49,420 nt of DNA from NCBI GenBank assembly GCA_038087875.1, contig JAXLNO010000142.1, positions 1 through 49,420 on the forward strand, read 5' to 3'. Below are positions 23,903 through 35,619 of the stretch, one piece after another. The position numbers were made by a program, and so were the translations under genes. The notes under the pieces were generated by a model. The model worked only from the letters and a program-made list of their open reading frames with translations, was not told the DNA's origin and did no database searches. This DNA is from Malacoraja senta. Lineage: Eukaryota. Position 1 is the stretch's first letter. Every line of letters begins with the position of its first letter.

Positions 23903-24188
23903 ACATAGAACAGTTCAACACAGGAACCGCCCCTTCGGCCCACAATGCCTGTGCTAAACGTGACACCACTGCCAACTCTTATCTGTCTGCACATGATCAT
24001 TATCCCTCCATTCCCTGCCTATCCAAAAACCTGTTAAATGCCACTGTTGTATCTGCCTCCACCACCCCTGGCAACACACTTAAGGTGCACTCTAACCTCT
24101 TATAACTTGCTCCACACATCTTTAAACTTTGCCCCACTCTCGTTAAAGCTATGCCCTCTAGTATTCCAACTCTGTCCTGGGGAAAAGG
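23903..24188 (-). mobile_element. Old CR1-type 3' fragment
   Basis: cccttcggcccacaatg stem and tatctgcctccaccacccctggca (VVEAD) on the minus strand. Confidence 0.72.
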
Positions 24189-24189
24189 G

Positions 24190-24477
24190 GCCAGCAGGGT
24201 GGCGCAGCGGTAGAGTTCTTTGCTTACACTGCTTGCAGTGCCAGAGACCCGGGTTTGATCCTGACTACGGGTGCTGTCAGTACAGATTTGTACATTTTCC
24301 CCTTGACCCGCGTGGTTTTTTTTCCCGAGATCTTCAGTTTTCTCCCACAATCCAAAGACATGTAGGTTTCAGATTCAGAATCAATCTTTATTGTCATTGT
24401 GCAGTGTACAGTACAGAGACAGCGAAATGCAGTTAGCATCTCACCCAGAAGAGCGAACATAGAATAATGGAACAGCA

Positions 24478-24511
<34 letters not shown>

Positions 24512-25971
24512 GTACATACAATTTTTGCGTATTGCAATGTTTCTGGGGGAAGGAGTGTCCGCGATGGGTGACAGGCAATCCCCAAGGTACAGAGTTAAGT
24601 TGTGTAACAGCCGCAGGGAAGAAGCTGTTCTTGAACCTGCTGATCTGGCAACGGAGAAACCTGTAGCGCCTCCCGGATGGGAGGATAAACAGTATGTGGC
24701 TGGGGTGAGAGCAGTCCTTGATGATGCTGCGCGCCCTTCGCAGACAATGCTTGCGTTGGACAGACTCAATGGAGGGGAGTGAGGAACCGGTGATGTGTTG
24801 GGCAGTTTTCACCACCCTCTGCAGTGCTTTCCGGTCGGAGACAGTGGCTATACCAACCTGTGATACAGTTGGTAAGGATGCTCTCGATGGTGCAGCGGTA
24901 GATGTTCACCAGAACCTGAGGAGACAGATGGAACTTCTTTTGTCTCCTCAGGAAGCAGAGACGCTGGTGAGCCTTCTTAACCAGTGTTGAGGTATTGTGG
25001 GTCCAAGAGAGGTCATCAGAGATGTTGACACCCAGAAACCTGAAGCGGGAAACACGTTCCACCTCCGTCCCGTTAATGTGGATGGGGGTGTGCGTGCCGC
25101 CCCTAGACCTTCTATAGTCCACAATGAGCTCCTTGGTCTTCTTGAAGTTACAGGCCAGGTTGTTGTCAGCGCACCATGCTGCTAGGAGCTGGACCTCCTC
25201 CCTATAGGCCGACTCATCGTTGTTGCTGATGAGGCCAATCGCTGTTGTATCATCTGCATAATTGATGATGGTGTTAGTACCATGTACAGGTGTGCAGCCG
25301 TAGGTGAAGAGGGAGTAGAGGAGGGGGCTCAGCACACAGCCCTGTGGAACGCCGGTGTTCAGGGTGAGGGTTGAAGAGGTGTGGTTGTCTGACCTAACAG
25401 ACTGGGGTCTGTTGGTTAGAAAGTCCAGTATCCAGTTGCAGAGGGAGGGGTCGATGCCCAGGTCGCTGAGGTTGGTCATCAGTTTTGAGGGGATAATGAT
25501 GTTAAATGCTGAGATGAACAGCATTCTCACGTAGGTGTCTCTGTTGTCGAGGTGGGAGAGGGCGGATTGAAGTGCCGTTGAGATGGCATCCTCCGTACTC
25601 CTGTTCTTGCGGTAGGCGAACTGATAGGGATCCAGTGTGGGAGGTAGGCAGCCTTTGAGGTGTGCCAGGACCAGCCTCTCGAAGCACCTATTGATGATGG
25701 GAGTAAGTGCAACTGGGCAGAAGTCGTTGAGGCTCGCCGCAGTGGAGTGTTTTGGCACCGGCACGAGGGAGGTGGTTTTAAGGCATGTGGGGAGAACTGC
25801 TTGGGCATGTGACAGGTTGAAGATGTCAGTCTAGAGAGTAGGTTAATTTGGTATAAATGTAAATTGTCTCTAGTGTGCGGAGGTAGTTTAATGCACGGGT
25901 ATCGCTGGTTGATGTGGACGCGGTGGGCTGAAGGGCCTGATTCTGTGCTGTATCTCTAAACTAAACTAAAA
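24190..25971 (+). mobile_element. HE1/V-SINE split by Rex1 (halves 24190-24369 and ~25838-25971)
   Basis: tRNA head and V-domain end at caaagacatgtaggtt; the SINE resumes at gtaggttaatt..gggctgaagggcctg..ctaaactaaactaaa. Confidence 0.82.
24370..25830 (-). mobile_element. Rex1/Babar LINE, 5'-truncated, RT to 3' tail; contains (TA)n at ~24480-24510
   Basis: 332-aa [51 protein letters not shown]. Confidence 0.92.
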
Positions 25972-26097
25972 ACGTTCTGACTGTCTGGTTAAAGATATGA
26001 ACACATGGGCTCACTGGTCTGCGGGCTATAGAAATAATCTTGCACTTTGATGACTTTCACAAGCAATGTTAAACTGAGACCAACGAAGTAACGGCAA

Positions 26098-26393
26098 TAG
26101 TTTGTTTTAGAGAGATGGCGTGAAAACCGGCCCTTCCACCCACCGAGCCCACGCCAACCAACGATCACCTGTACACTAGTCCTATATCCTTCACACTAGG
26201 GGCAATTTACAGACGTCAATTAACCTGCACACCGGCACATCTCTAGAATGTGGGAGGAAACCAGAGCACCGGAAGGAATCCCACGTGGGTCACAGGGAGA
26301 ACGTACAAACTACACGCACACGTAGACAGGATCGAACCCGGGTCTCTGGCACTGTAAGGCAGCAACTCTTAGTCTATCACTGTGCCACCATGC
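26098..26393 (-). mobile_element. HE1/V-SINE
   Basis: Minus strand gcatggtggcacagtg, gggttcgatcc, V-domain remnants. Confidence 0.82.
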
Positions 26394-26823
26394 TGATCAA
26401 TTCACTTGATGCTAAGGAAGTTGTATGTCAGCCCTCTGCAAACTTTAAAACCCAATGAGATGTTCCTCCTCCATTTGGTACATCAATTCCTCTCCGTCAT
26501 TCAATCATATCTGGATTGGCATGGCTTAGAACATCAGAAAAACCCTCTGCCATAGCCACTGATTTCTCAGGGACTACAAAGGGAAAATGTACTCCAGTAA
26601 TCCCTCTGTGTGCTTTATATCTGTCTGTTAAGGTGTTCAGATTTGTCAAATAATGAATTGCATTCCAACAATGGAGTCTTTAGGTTTATGCAGTTAAGCG
26701 TGAAACTGATAAAGCAGAAGTATTTTCGTGCCAGGAACAAACTACACTCTCTTTGACTATAGTCAACTCTCATTTGGCAAATGGCAAAAATATTCTGCTG
26801 TTTTTAAAGTATTTTACCCCAAC

Positions 26824-27092
26824 ATGGCAGTGTGGCTCAGCGGTAGAGTTGCTGCCTCACTGCACCGGAGACCCAGGTGCTGTCTGTACAGAGTTAGTAT
26901 GTTCCCCTCGTGACCAGCGTGGGCTTTCTACGGATGCTCCGGTTTCCTCCCACACTCCAAAGACGTGCAGGTTTGTAGGTTAATTGGCTTTGGTAAAAAA
27001 GTCCCCAGTGTGTAGGATAGTGAGGGTGTAGAGGTGAATACTGGTCAGCGTGGACTCGGTGGGCCAAAGGGCCCGTTGCCACACTAAATCTC
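26824..27092 (+). mobile_element. HE1/V-SINE
   Basis: gtggctcagcggtagagttgctgcc, V-domain tgctccggtttcctcccacactccaaagacg, tail. Confidence 0.85.
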
Positions 27093-27242
27093 GAAATGAA
27101 AACACTTGAGATTTAATATAGTTTGTGCTGGAGTAACTCAGCGGGTTGAGCAGCATCTCTGGAGAACATGAGTGGGTGACGTTTTGGTTCAGGACCCGTC
27201 TTCAGGACCAGACGTCAACGAGTGCTGGACTCACCATGACGT

Positions 27243-27765
27243 AGAAACATAGAAAATAGGTGCAGGAGTAGGCCATTCGGCCCTTCGAGCCAGCACTCGC
27301 CTTTCAATATGATTTTGGCTGATCATCCAAAATCAATACCCCATTCCTGCTATCTCCCCATATCCATTGACTCTGTAAGTCCAAAGAGCCACATCCAACA
27401 CTCACTTAAAAACATCCAGTGAATTGGCCTCCACTGCCTTCTGTGGCAGAGAATTCTACAGATTTTCTGCGTGAAAATGTTTTCCCTCTTCTGAGTCCTA
27501 AATGGCCTAACCCGTTATTCTTAAACTGTGACCCCTGGTTCTGGACTCCCCGAACATCGGGAACATTGTTCCTGCATCCAGCCTTAACTCCTTTAAGAAT
27601 GTTATATGTTTTCATAAGATAGCCTCTCATCCTTCTCATTTCCAGCGAATTCAAGCCCAGTCTACCCATGCTTTCATCATAACTAAGTCTCGCCACCCCG
27701 GATATTGACCTGGTGAACCTACGGTGCACTCCCTCAATAGTAAGAATGTCCTTCTGCAAATTAGG
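27243..27765 (-). mobile_element. CR1 3' fragment
   Basis: KDILTIEGVHRRFTR; CR1 3' UTR and (TTTCTATG)n tail. Confidence 0.88.
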
Positions 27766-28068
27766 AAAGGTACAGGAGTGTGAAAACGCACACCTCCGGA
27801 TTCAGGGACAGTTTCTTCCCAGCTGTTACCAGGCAACTAAATCATCCGACCACAACCAGAGAGCAGTTCTGAACTACTATCTACCTCATTGGTGACCCTC
27901 GGACTATACTTGCTGGCTTTACCTTGCACTAAACGTTATTCCTTTACCATGTATCTATACATTGCAAATGGCTCGATTGTAATCACGCAATTTCTTTCTG
28001 CTAACTGTTTTTAACATGCGACAAAAAGCATTTCTCCGTACACGTGACAATAAACTCAATTGAACTGA
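27764..28068 (+). mobile_element. Rex1/Babar 3' end fragment
   Basis: RYRSVKTHTSGFRDSFFPAV; tail gtgacaataaactcaattgaactga. Confidence 0.78.
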
Positions 28069-28765
28069 GTTCCTTGTATCTAACACTTGAGTCAAGTTGG
28101 TTATAACCACTGTGACCTGTGGTCATATGGTGAAGTGGTTTATTCCCTTCTGGGCCGGCCTTCCATTCATAAGATCGCAAGTTTGTAAACCATCATAATC
28201 AGAGGTGACCTCATAATGTGCTTGGCCGGCGACATCACAATGAACTGCATCCGTAACCATGAGAGACGGTTCACACTTTGCGAGACATTGAACAGATCAG
28301 AGCTTTAAAATTCACTCTACGTATTTAGAAACAAAGGAACCTGTATCAAAAATGCCGGTGGAGAGTGCCAAGCAGGATGATAAAAGGAGATCCAAGGTAG
28401 ATTTGAATCCATTAATAGACCAAGATAAAAGGTGGAGTGACTCAGCGAGTCTTATTCTTAAACTGTGACCCCCTGGTTCTGGACCCCCTACATTGGGAAC
28501 ATAGGGACGTAGGGCTCTACTGCCACCTCTGAGCTTTTCTTTATGGGAGAGAATCCTATCCATCCAGTGACAATCCTGTCTCCAGTCTTCAACCCCCCCC
28601 GCCTCTCCCCCTACCCACCCTTCTACCCTCTCTGGACCTTTTTATATCCACTGTTGGTGCAACAACTGCCTTGGCTTCTCTACTCCACTGGCCCACTCAA
28701 ACCGGAAGGGTCCTGACCTGAAACGACAAATGTTAGGGAGCATCTCTGGAGAACATCTCTGGAGA

Positions 28766-30416
28766 AAGATATTGAATTATGTGAGGTAAGGGAAACAAGT
28801 AGAAAAGCTATGGAAACTATGAGATTAAAAGAAGACGAAGTACTGACACTTAAACAAAAATATAAAAGTGGATAAGTCTTGAGGGAAGTTAGTGTAGAAA
28901 TAGCAGGGGCTATGACAGAAATATTTCAAATGCCATTAGAAACGGAAATAGTGCCGGAGGATTGGCGTACTGCGCATGTTGTTCCATTGTATTAAAAGGG
29001 TTCTAAGAGTAAACCTAGCAATTATAGACCTGTTAGGTTGACGTCAGTGGTGGGCAAATTAATGGAAAGGATACTTAGAGATAATATATATAAGCATCCA
29101 AATCAACAGGATCTGATTAGGAACAGTCAACATGGATTTGTGCCTGGAAGGTCATGTTTGACTAATCTTGAATTTTTTGAAAAGGTTACTGGGGAAATTG
29201 ATGAGGGTAAAGCAGTGGATGTTGTCTATATGGACTTCAGTAAGGCCTTTGACAAGGTTCCTCATGGAGGGTTGGTTAAGAAAGTTCAATTGTTGGGTAT
29301 TAATGGTGGAGTAGCAAGATGGATTCAACATTGGCTGAATGGGAGATGCCAGAGAGTAATGGTTGATGGCTGTTTGTCAGGTTGGAGGCCGGTGACTAGT
29401 GGGGTGCCTCAGGGATCTGTGTTGGGTCCACTGTTGTTTGTCATGTACATTAATGATCTGGATGGTGGTGTGGTAAATTGGATTAGTAAGTATGCAGATG
29501 ATACTAAGATAGGTGGTGTTGTGGATAATGAAGTAGATTTTCAAAGTCTACAGAGATATTTAGGCCATTTGGAAGAGTCGGCTGAAAGATAGCAGATGGA
29601 GTTTAATGCAGATAAGTGTGAGGTGCTACATCTTGGCAGGACAAATCAAAATAGGACGTACATGGTAAATGGTAGCGAATTGAGTAATGCAGTTGAACAG
29701 AGGGATCTAGGAATAACTGTGCATAGTTCCCTGAAGGTGGAATCTCATGTAAATAGGGTGGTAAAGAAAGCTTTTGGTGTGCTGGCCTTCATAAATCAGA
29801 GCATTGAATATAGAAGCTGGAATGTAATGTTAAAATTATACAAGGCATTGGTGAGGCCAATTCTGTAGTATGGTGTACACTTTTGGTCGGCTAATTATAG
29901 GGAGGATGTCAACAAAATAGAGGGAGTACAGAGGAGGTTTACTAGAATGTTGCCTGAGTTTCAACAACTAAGTTACAGAGAAAGGTCGAACAAGTTAGGT
30001 CTTTATTCTTTGGAACGCAGAACGTTAAGGGGAACTTGATAGAGGTCTTTAAATGATGAGAGGGATAGACAGAGCTGACGTGGATAAGCTTTTCCCATTG
30101 AGAGAAGGGAAGATTCAAACAAGAGGACATGAATTGAGAATTAAGGAACAGAAGATTAGGGGTCACATGAGGGGGGAACTCCTTTGCTCAGAGAGTGGTA
30201 GCTGTGCAGAATGAGCTTCCAGTGGAAGTGGTGGAGGCAGGTTCGATTTTATCACTTAAAAATAAATTGGATAGGTATATGGATGGGAAAGGAATGGAGG
30301 GTTATGGTCTGAGTGCAGGTAGATGGGACTAGGGGAAAATAAGTGTTCGGCACGGACTAGAAGGGCCGAGATGGCGTGTTTCCGTGCTGTAATTGTTATA
30401 TGGTTATATGGTTATA
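28766..30416 (+). mobile_element. CR1 LINE ((TATATGGT)n family), 5'-truncated, disrupted RT
   Basis: Close to the 20632-21600 copy; ORFs 29038-29592 and 29596-29868; tail gttatatggttatatggttata. Confidence 0.93.
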
Positions 30417-30638
30417 ACATGGATAGATGACATTTCACGGAGTGCTGGAGTAACTCAGCGGGTCAGGCAGCATCTGTGGAGAACATGGGTAGGTGACGTT
30501 TCACAGAGTACTGGAGTAACTCAGCGTGTCAGGCAGCATCTGTGAAGAACATGGATAGATGACGTTTCACAGATTGCTGGAGTAACTCAGCGGGTCAGGC
30601 AGCATCTGTGTAGAACATGGATAGGTAACGTTTCACAG
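30416..30638. repeat. 66-bp tandem repeat (~3.3 units) derived from Penelope terminal repeat
   Basis: Units start at 30416, 30482, 30548, 30614: aacatggataggtgacgtttcacagagtgctggagtaactcagcgggtcaggcagcatctgtggag. Confidence 0.9.
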
Positions 30639-30658
30639 GACAATGAAGCTAGTTGGAG

Positions 30659-31409
30659 AATGGTGGCCAATTAGGAAAAGGGGAGATGCAACGAGACCTG
30701 CGTCTCATGGCACACCAATCATTGAAAGTAGGAATGCAGGTGCAGCAGGCAGTGAAGAAAGCAAATGGTATGTTAGCATTCATAGCAAAATGATTTGAGT
30801 ATTACAGCTGGGAGGTTCTATTGCAGTTGTACAGGGTCTTGGTGAGACCACACCTGGAGTATTGCATACAGTTTTGGTCTCCTAATCTGAGGAAATACAT
30901 TCTTGCCATAGAGGGTGTACAGAGAAGGTTCAGCAGACTGATTCCTGGGATGGCAGGACTTTCATATGAAGAAAGACTGGATAGACTCGGCTTATACAAT
31001 TTAGCATTCAGAAGATTTAGGTGGGATCTTATAGAAACTTACAAAATTCTTAAGGGGTTGGACAGGCTAGATGGAGGAAGATTATTCCCGATATTGGGGA
31101 AGTACAGAACTAGGGGGTCACACTTTAAGGATAAGAGGGAAGTTTTTTAGGACCGAAATGAGAAAATCATTTTTTACACAGAGTGGTGAATCTGTGGAAT
31201 TCTCTGCCACACAAGGTAGTTGAGGCCAGTTCATTGGCTATATTTAAGAGGGAGTTAGATGTGGCCCTTGTGGCTAAAGGGATCACGGGGTATGGAGAGA
31301 AGGCAGGGATGGGATACTGAGTTGGATGATCAGCCATGATCATATCGAATGGCGGTGCAGGCTCGAAAGGCCGAATGGCCTACTCCTGCACCTATTTTCT
31401 ATGTTTCTA
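30659..31409 (+). mobile_element. CR1 3' fragment
   Basis: QLYRVLVRPHLEYCIQFWSP; 3' UTR and tail. Confidence 0.9.
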
Positions 31410-31727
31410 ACTAGGGTTGGGGATGGGTGGAGAGAGAGGGAAGGCAAGGGTTAATTGGAGTTGGAGAAATCAATATTCATATCGCTGAGTTGTAATCTGC
31501 CTGTCCTGCTGAGTTACTCCAGCATTTTGTGTCTATCTTCAGTGTAAACCTGCATCTGCTGTTCCTGCACATTTTGTCTTGCCCACATTGACCAAGATGC
31601 CCCATCTACACTAATTCCTCCTGCCTGCATTTGTTCCATATCTCTCCATACCTACCCTATCCATGTACCTGTCAAGAGTGTTTTATTGTCATATGTCACA
31701 AACTGAACTATTAAATGCTGACTTACG

Positions 31728-32352
31728 ATAGGATAGAACTTTATCTATCCAAGGAGGGAAATTGTTCTGCCAACAGTCATTACAATACAAGATAAAGACG
31801 GTCATGGTGGCGCAGCGGTAGTGTTGCTGCCTTACAGCAAATGCACGCCGGAGACCCAGGTTCGATCCCGATTACGGGTGCTGTCTATAAGGAGTTTGTA
31901 CGTTCTCCCCGTGACCTGCGTGGGTTTTCTCTGAGATCTTCGGTTTTCTCCCACACACCAAAGACGTACAGGATTGTAGGTTAATTGGCTTTGGTAACAT
32001 TGTAAATGTCCATAGTGTGTGGAGTAGTGCTAGTGTGCGGGATGATCGCTGGTTAGTGTTAATGTGCGGGGATCGCTGATTGCCACGGACCCGGTGGGCC
32101 GAAGGGCCTGTTTCTGCGCTGTATCTCTAAACTAAACTAAACTAAACTAAACATGAAACATGAAATTAAAGTGATGAGTGGAAAGGATTGCGGATGTGCA
32201 AAGATTGGGGAGGGGGAGGGGGTTAGTCAGTCTACCCCATGACAGAAGGGGGTGGAGTTGTACAGTTTGATAGCCATAGGGGAGCAGGATCTCCTGTGGC
32301 GTTCTGTGCTGCATCTTGGTGGAACCAGTCTGTTGCTGAAGGTGTTCCTCAG
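31728..32352 (-). mobile_element. Rex1/Babar-like 3' end, split by the SINE at 31797-32151
   Basis: Minus strand RNTFSNRLVPPRCSTERHRRS..AIKLYNS; tail ataaagttctatcctatc. Confidence 0.7.
31797..32151 (+). mobile_element. HE1/V-SINE, full length
   Basis: ggtggcgcagcggtag, ggttcgatcc, V-domain, gggccgaagggcctgtttctgcgctgtatctc(taaac)n. Confidence 0.9.
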
Positions 32353-33319
32353 TGTGTCATGGAGTGGGTTACGTAGCAGCACAACAGTAGTGTAACATAT
32401 TGCACTGTAAAACCCTTATTAAACAGCAAAAAAAGTTCCGTGTATATTAGAGAAACACAATTGGTCCAAATAGTCCTGTCCAAATATCTTCTAAATGCCA
32501 TTGTACCAGCCTCCACTACCTCCTCTGGCAGCTTGTTCCATATACCCATCTCCTGGGAGAAGGGAGTGAGTTAATTATGGTAGACAAAAATGCTGGAGAA
32601 ACTCAGCAGGTGAGGCGGTGTCTAGATGCATGCTGCCTCATCCGCTGAGTTTCTCCAGCATTTTTGTCAACCTTCGATTTTTCCAGCATGTGCAGTTCTT
32701 TCTTAAACAAGTTAATTATGATAGTGCTTTAGGAATGTTGGATTCAGCCGAGTCTTAAACGATGCGTCTGTAGAATAATATATTCCGTTTTGAACTAATC
32801 ATGCTTTTTTTGTTGATGGGGTGAGAAAACGTGAATCTTTGAGGCTGGGCAAATATCCATGGTTCAGGCAAACTTGTTTAAATTGGACGAATTGCATTTT
32901 CACTTCAAATGAAATAAATTGGCTTGTTTAACAGTTGCTTATTCTTCCACGTGAACTCGTTTACAGCATCTGCAGACTCCTTTTAATTTAAAATTCTTTT
33001 AAAATAGGGTTTGACTTAGTCAAAGCTTCACTTGAAGACCAAACTTTTTGCATCTTTGAACCATGAATTGGAGACCCAAGTATCTCTGTCGAATTGGTTA
33101 TCAAAATTACCATGTTCTCACCCGGAATGATGCCAGCTCTTGGAAACATTTTCATTATGATTCTTCACTTTTCCTTCCAATTCGATTTTTATAAAAAGTT
33201 TCAGCTGGTGAACTTTAAACAGCCCTTTTATTTTAAATATCCTTGCAGACGGTGCGCTGAAGGGCCTGTTTCCACTCTGCATCTCTAAATGTAAAACTAA
33301 ACTCATGCGCACGGCTTGT

Positions 33320-33551
33320 TGTAGGAATTACAGAGACATGGCTGCAAGAGGGCTGGTGATGGGAACTGAATATTCAAGGATATATCTCCTATAGAATAGA
33401 CAGACAGGTGGGCAGAGGGGCTGGGGTAGCTCTGTTGGTGAGGAATGAAATTCATTCCCTTGCAAGGGGTGACATTGAAACAGGAGATGTGGAGTCAGTA
33501 TGGATAGAACTAAGGAAGTGTAAGGGTAAAAATACCCTAATGGGACTTATC
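33320..33551 (+). mobile_element. CR1 endonuclease-region fragment
   Basis: GITETWLQ, GRGAGVALLVR, VESVWIELR. Confidence 0.82.
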
Positions 33552-33910
33552 CATTTGGGGATACCAATGGTGTTAGACAAGGGGGAATTTTGTCCCCAGA
33601 CCTTTTTAATCTATATATTGATGATCTGGCTAAACAATTGAAGGCCTGTAACACTGGGTGCGTGATTGGTAATATTTTACTGAACCATATTATGTATGCA
33701 GATGATCTTGTGATCTTTAGTCCATCTAGCGTTGGTCTCCAGCAGCTCCATACTATATGTTCTGTGTATGGTGTGGAACATGACATTAAATATAATGCTA
33801 GTAAGAATGCTGTTATGATCTGTAGTACCAAAGAGGATAAATGTCTAACATTTCCTGATTTTAAATTATCTGACAATAATCTTAGTGTCTGTAATAAGGT
33901 AAAATATTTA
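33552..33910 (+). mobile_element. RT fragment of a different LINE clade (RTE-X-like)
   Basis: NGVRQGGILSPDLFNLYIDDL, HIMYADDLVIFSPS, IKYNASK, KVKYL; clade call tentative. Confidence 0.72.
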
Positions 33911-35330
33911 CACTGATTTACAGTATGCTTCCGGAGTCGTTCACGATTATGGGCAATTGTGGAAATATCGAGGCTTCCTGACCTCATCAGGAACAGTTAT
34001 TTCACACCAGGTTAGTTTCCAACCTTTTACAGGCAATCCAATTGCCCAGTCAGCTTGCAGTTATTAAAGTTCGTGCCCACACATCAGGCCAGAGCCCTAT
34101 AGATATCGGCAATCGCCTTGCCGATGGTGCCGCTAAAAAAAGCTTCTTGGACTAACCAGGTTGTTGTGCCCCGAATGATGAGGCAGACTAACAATTCCAG
34201 TAAGAATCAGTCTCCCCCGGAAAAAGGAATGCCAACCATCCAGGAAGTACTTCAAATACAGGAGGACGCTGTGGCAGGACCAGGGCTGTGTGTTTGATCC
34301 TGTCACTAGCTTATGGGTTACGCCTGCAGGCCAGACTTGCATGTCTGATGAACTTGTGTTATGGATTATTGAATGTGTACACTTTGCAACTCATTGTGGT
34401 GCCAAGGCCGGAAATGATATGCTTTTAGACACCTGGTGGCATCCAAAACTTCTGGACTTGGTCCAGCGTGTCAGCCAGCGATGTCTGATTTGCCAGCAGC
34501 ATAATCCAGGTAAAGGCTTGCCCTGTGAACCAGGTAAGACCCCTTTACCAGCAGGTCCATTTGAGACCTTGCAAATGGACTACATTGAGTTGCAAAGGTG
34601 TCAGTGTTATAAGTATGTTCTTGTAATTGTCGATGTTTTCAGTAAATGGATTGATGCATACCTGACCACTGACAATAAGGCGTCTACCATTGTAAAAATA
34701 TCGTTACGCAAAATCATACCGCGATTCGGTGTTCCTGCGCGTTTAAGTTCCGATAAAGGTCCTCATTTTATTGCTGCACTAAACAAAGAAATGTGCATAT
34801 AGACCTCAGGCCGTCGGATTGGTGGAACGGGCAAATCAGACTTTGAAAACCAAATTAGCTAAATTAGTGGCACAGACTGGCTTAACATGGTTTAAACTGC
34901 TTCCTGTAGCTCTTTTTCAGATACAGACCACTCCTTCTGGTACGGCACGACTGACGCCTGCGGAAATAATATATGGTCGACCTTTACGGATGCCATGGAA
35001 TGACCAGGCGGTCCATTTCCATGCCCCCGCAGTGGTCCATTTCTACCAGATGACTGAGGAAATGAAATCCTATGTATTAACTTTAACCCGTGCTTTGCGA
35101 ACTTCTCATTCACAGGTCAGGGCTGCAAATGGTGAGGCGCCAGCGCTCAAAGTTCCATCTAATATTGAGACATGTTGCTATGTGCTGGTCAGGAACTGGA
35201 AGCGTAAGCACTTGGACTCACGTTGGGATGGTCCCTTCCAGGTCCTCCTCACCACTCCAACCGCTGCCAAGGTCGAGGATCGTGCTGCATGGGTTCATCT
35301 GCACCACTGCAAACTGATTGGGGAGCCCAA
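33903..35330 (+). pseudogene. pol: ERV1 pol 3' part: RNase H and integrase (frameshifts; short deletion near 34800)
   Basis: NIYTDLQYASGVVH, AVIKVRAH, GNRLADGAAK; HHCC (HFATHCG..CLIC), LQMDYIEL, SSDKGPHF, GLVERANQTLK, RWDGPFQVLLTTPTA, WVHLHHCK. Confidence 0.92.
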
Positions 35331-35593
35331 TCATAAGGGGCGAGAAGAGTCATTTTATTTTCAACTCAGAGTTTTTAGTTTTTACATTGCTGCTTTGCTT
35401 GGGAGTTGTATCATTATAAGTTTAGTTGTATCATTATACGTTTAGTTGTAGCATTATAAGTTTAGTTTTGAATCCTTATTTTGCTGTATGGATAAGAATA
35501 TGCGACTGATTACTGGACTGACTGACTGAAGGATGGTTAACTTGAGTGAATAGATGATTAAGTGAATTAAGTAAGAAATGAACTTCTTGTAAG

Positions 35594-35609
35594 CCTTTGC
35601 ATTTTCCAG
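35594..35609 (+). promoter_or_regulatory. Putative env splice acceptor
   Basis: cctttgcattttccag ending 10 nt before the env ATG at 35620. Confidence 0.55.
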
Positions 35610-35619
35610 ATATAGTCAA

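Noticed and set aside
30416..30638. CRISPR-like array
   Set aside because: Units are contiguous near-identical 66-mers with no unique spacers, derive from Penelope, and there are no cas genes; eukaryotic context.
31797..31880. tRNA genes at this and other SINE heads
   Set aside because: A/B boxes continue into V-domain and LINE-like tails; no complete cloverleaf.
32710..33245. Unique AT-rich stretch (also 26400-26820, 28070-28450) as coding exons
   Set aside because: No convincing frame or motif by eye; left unannotated, not proven non-functional.
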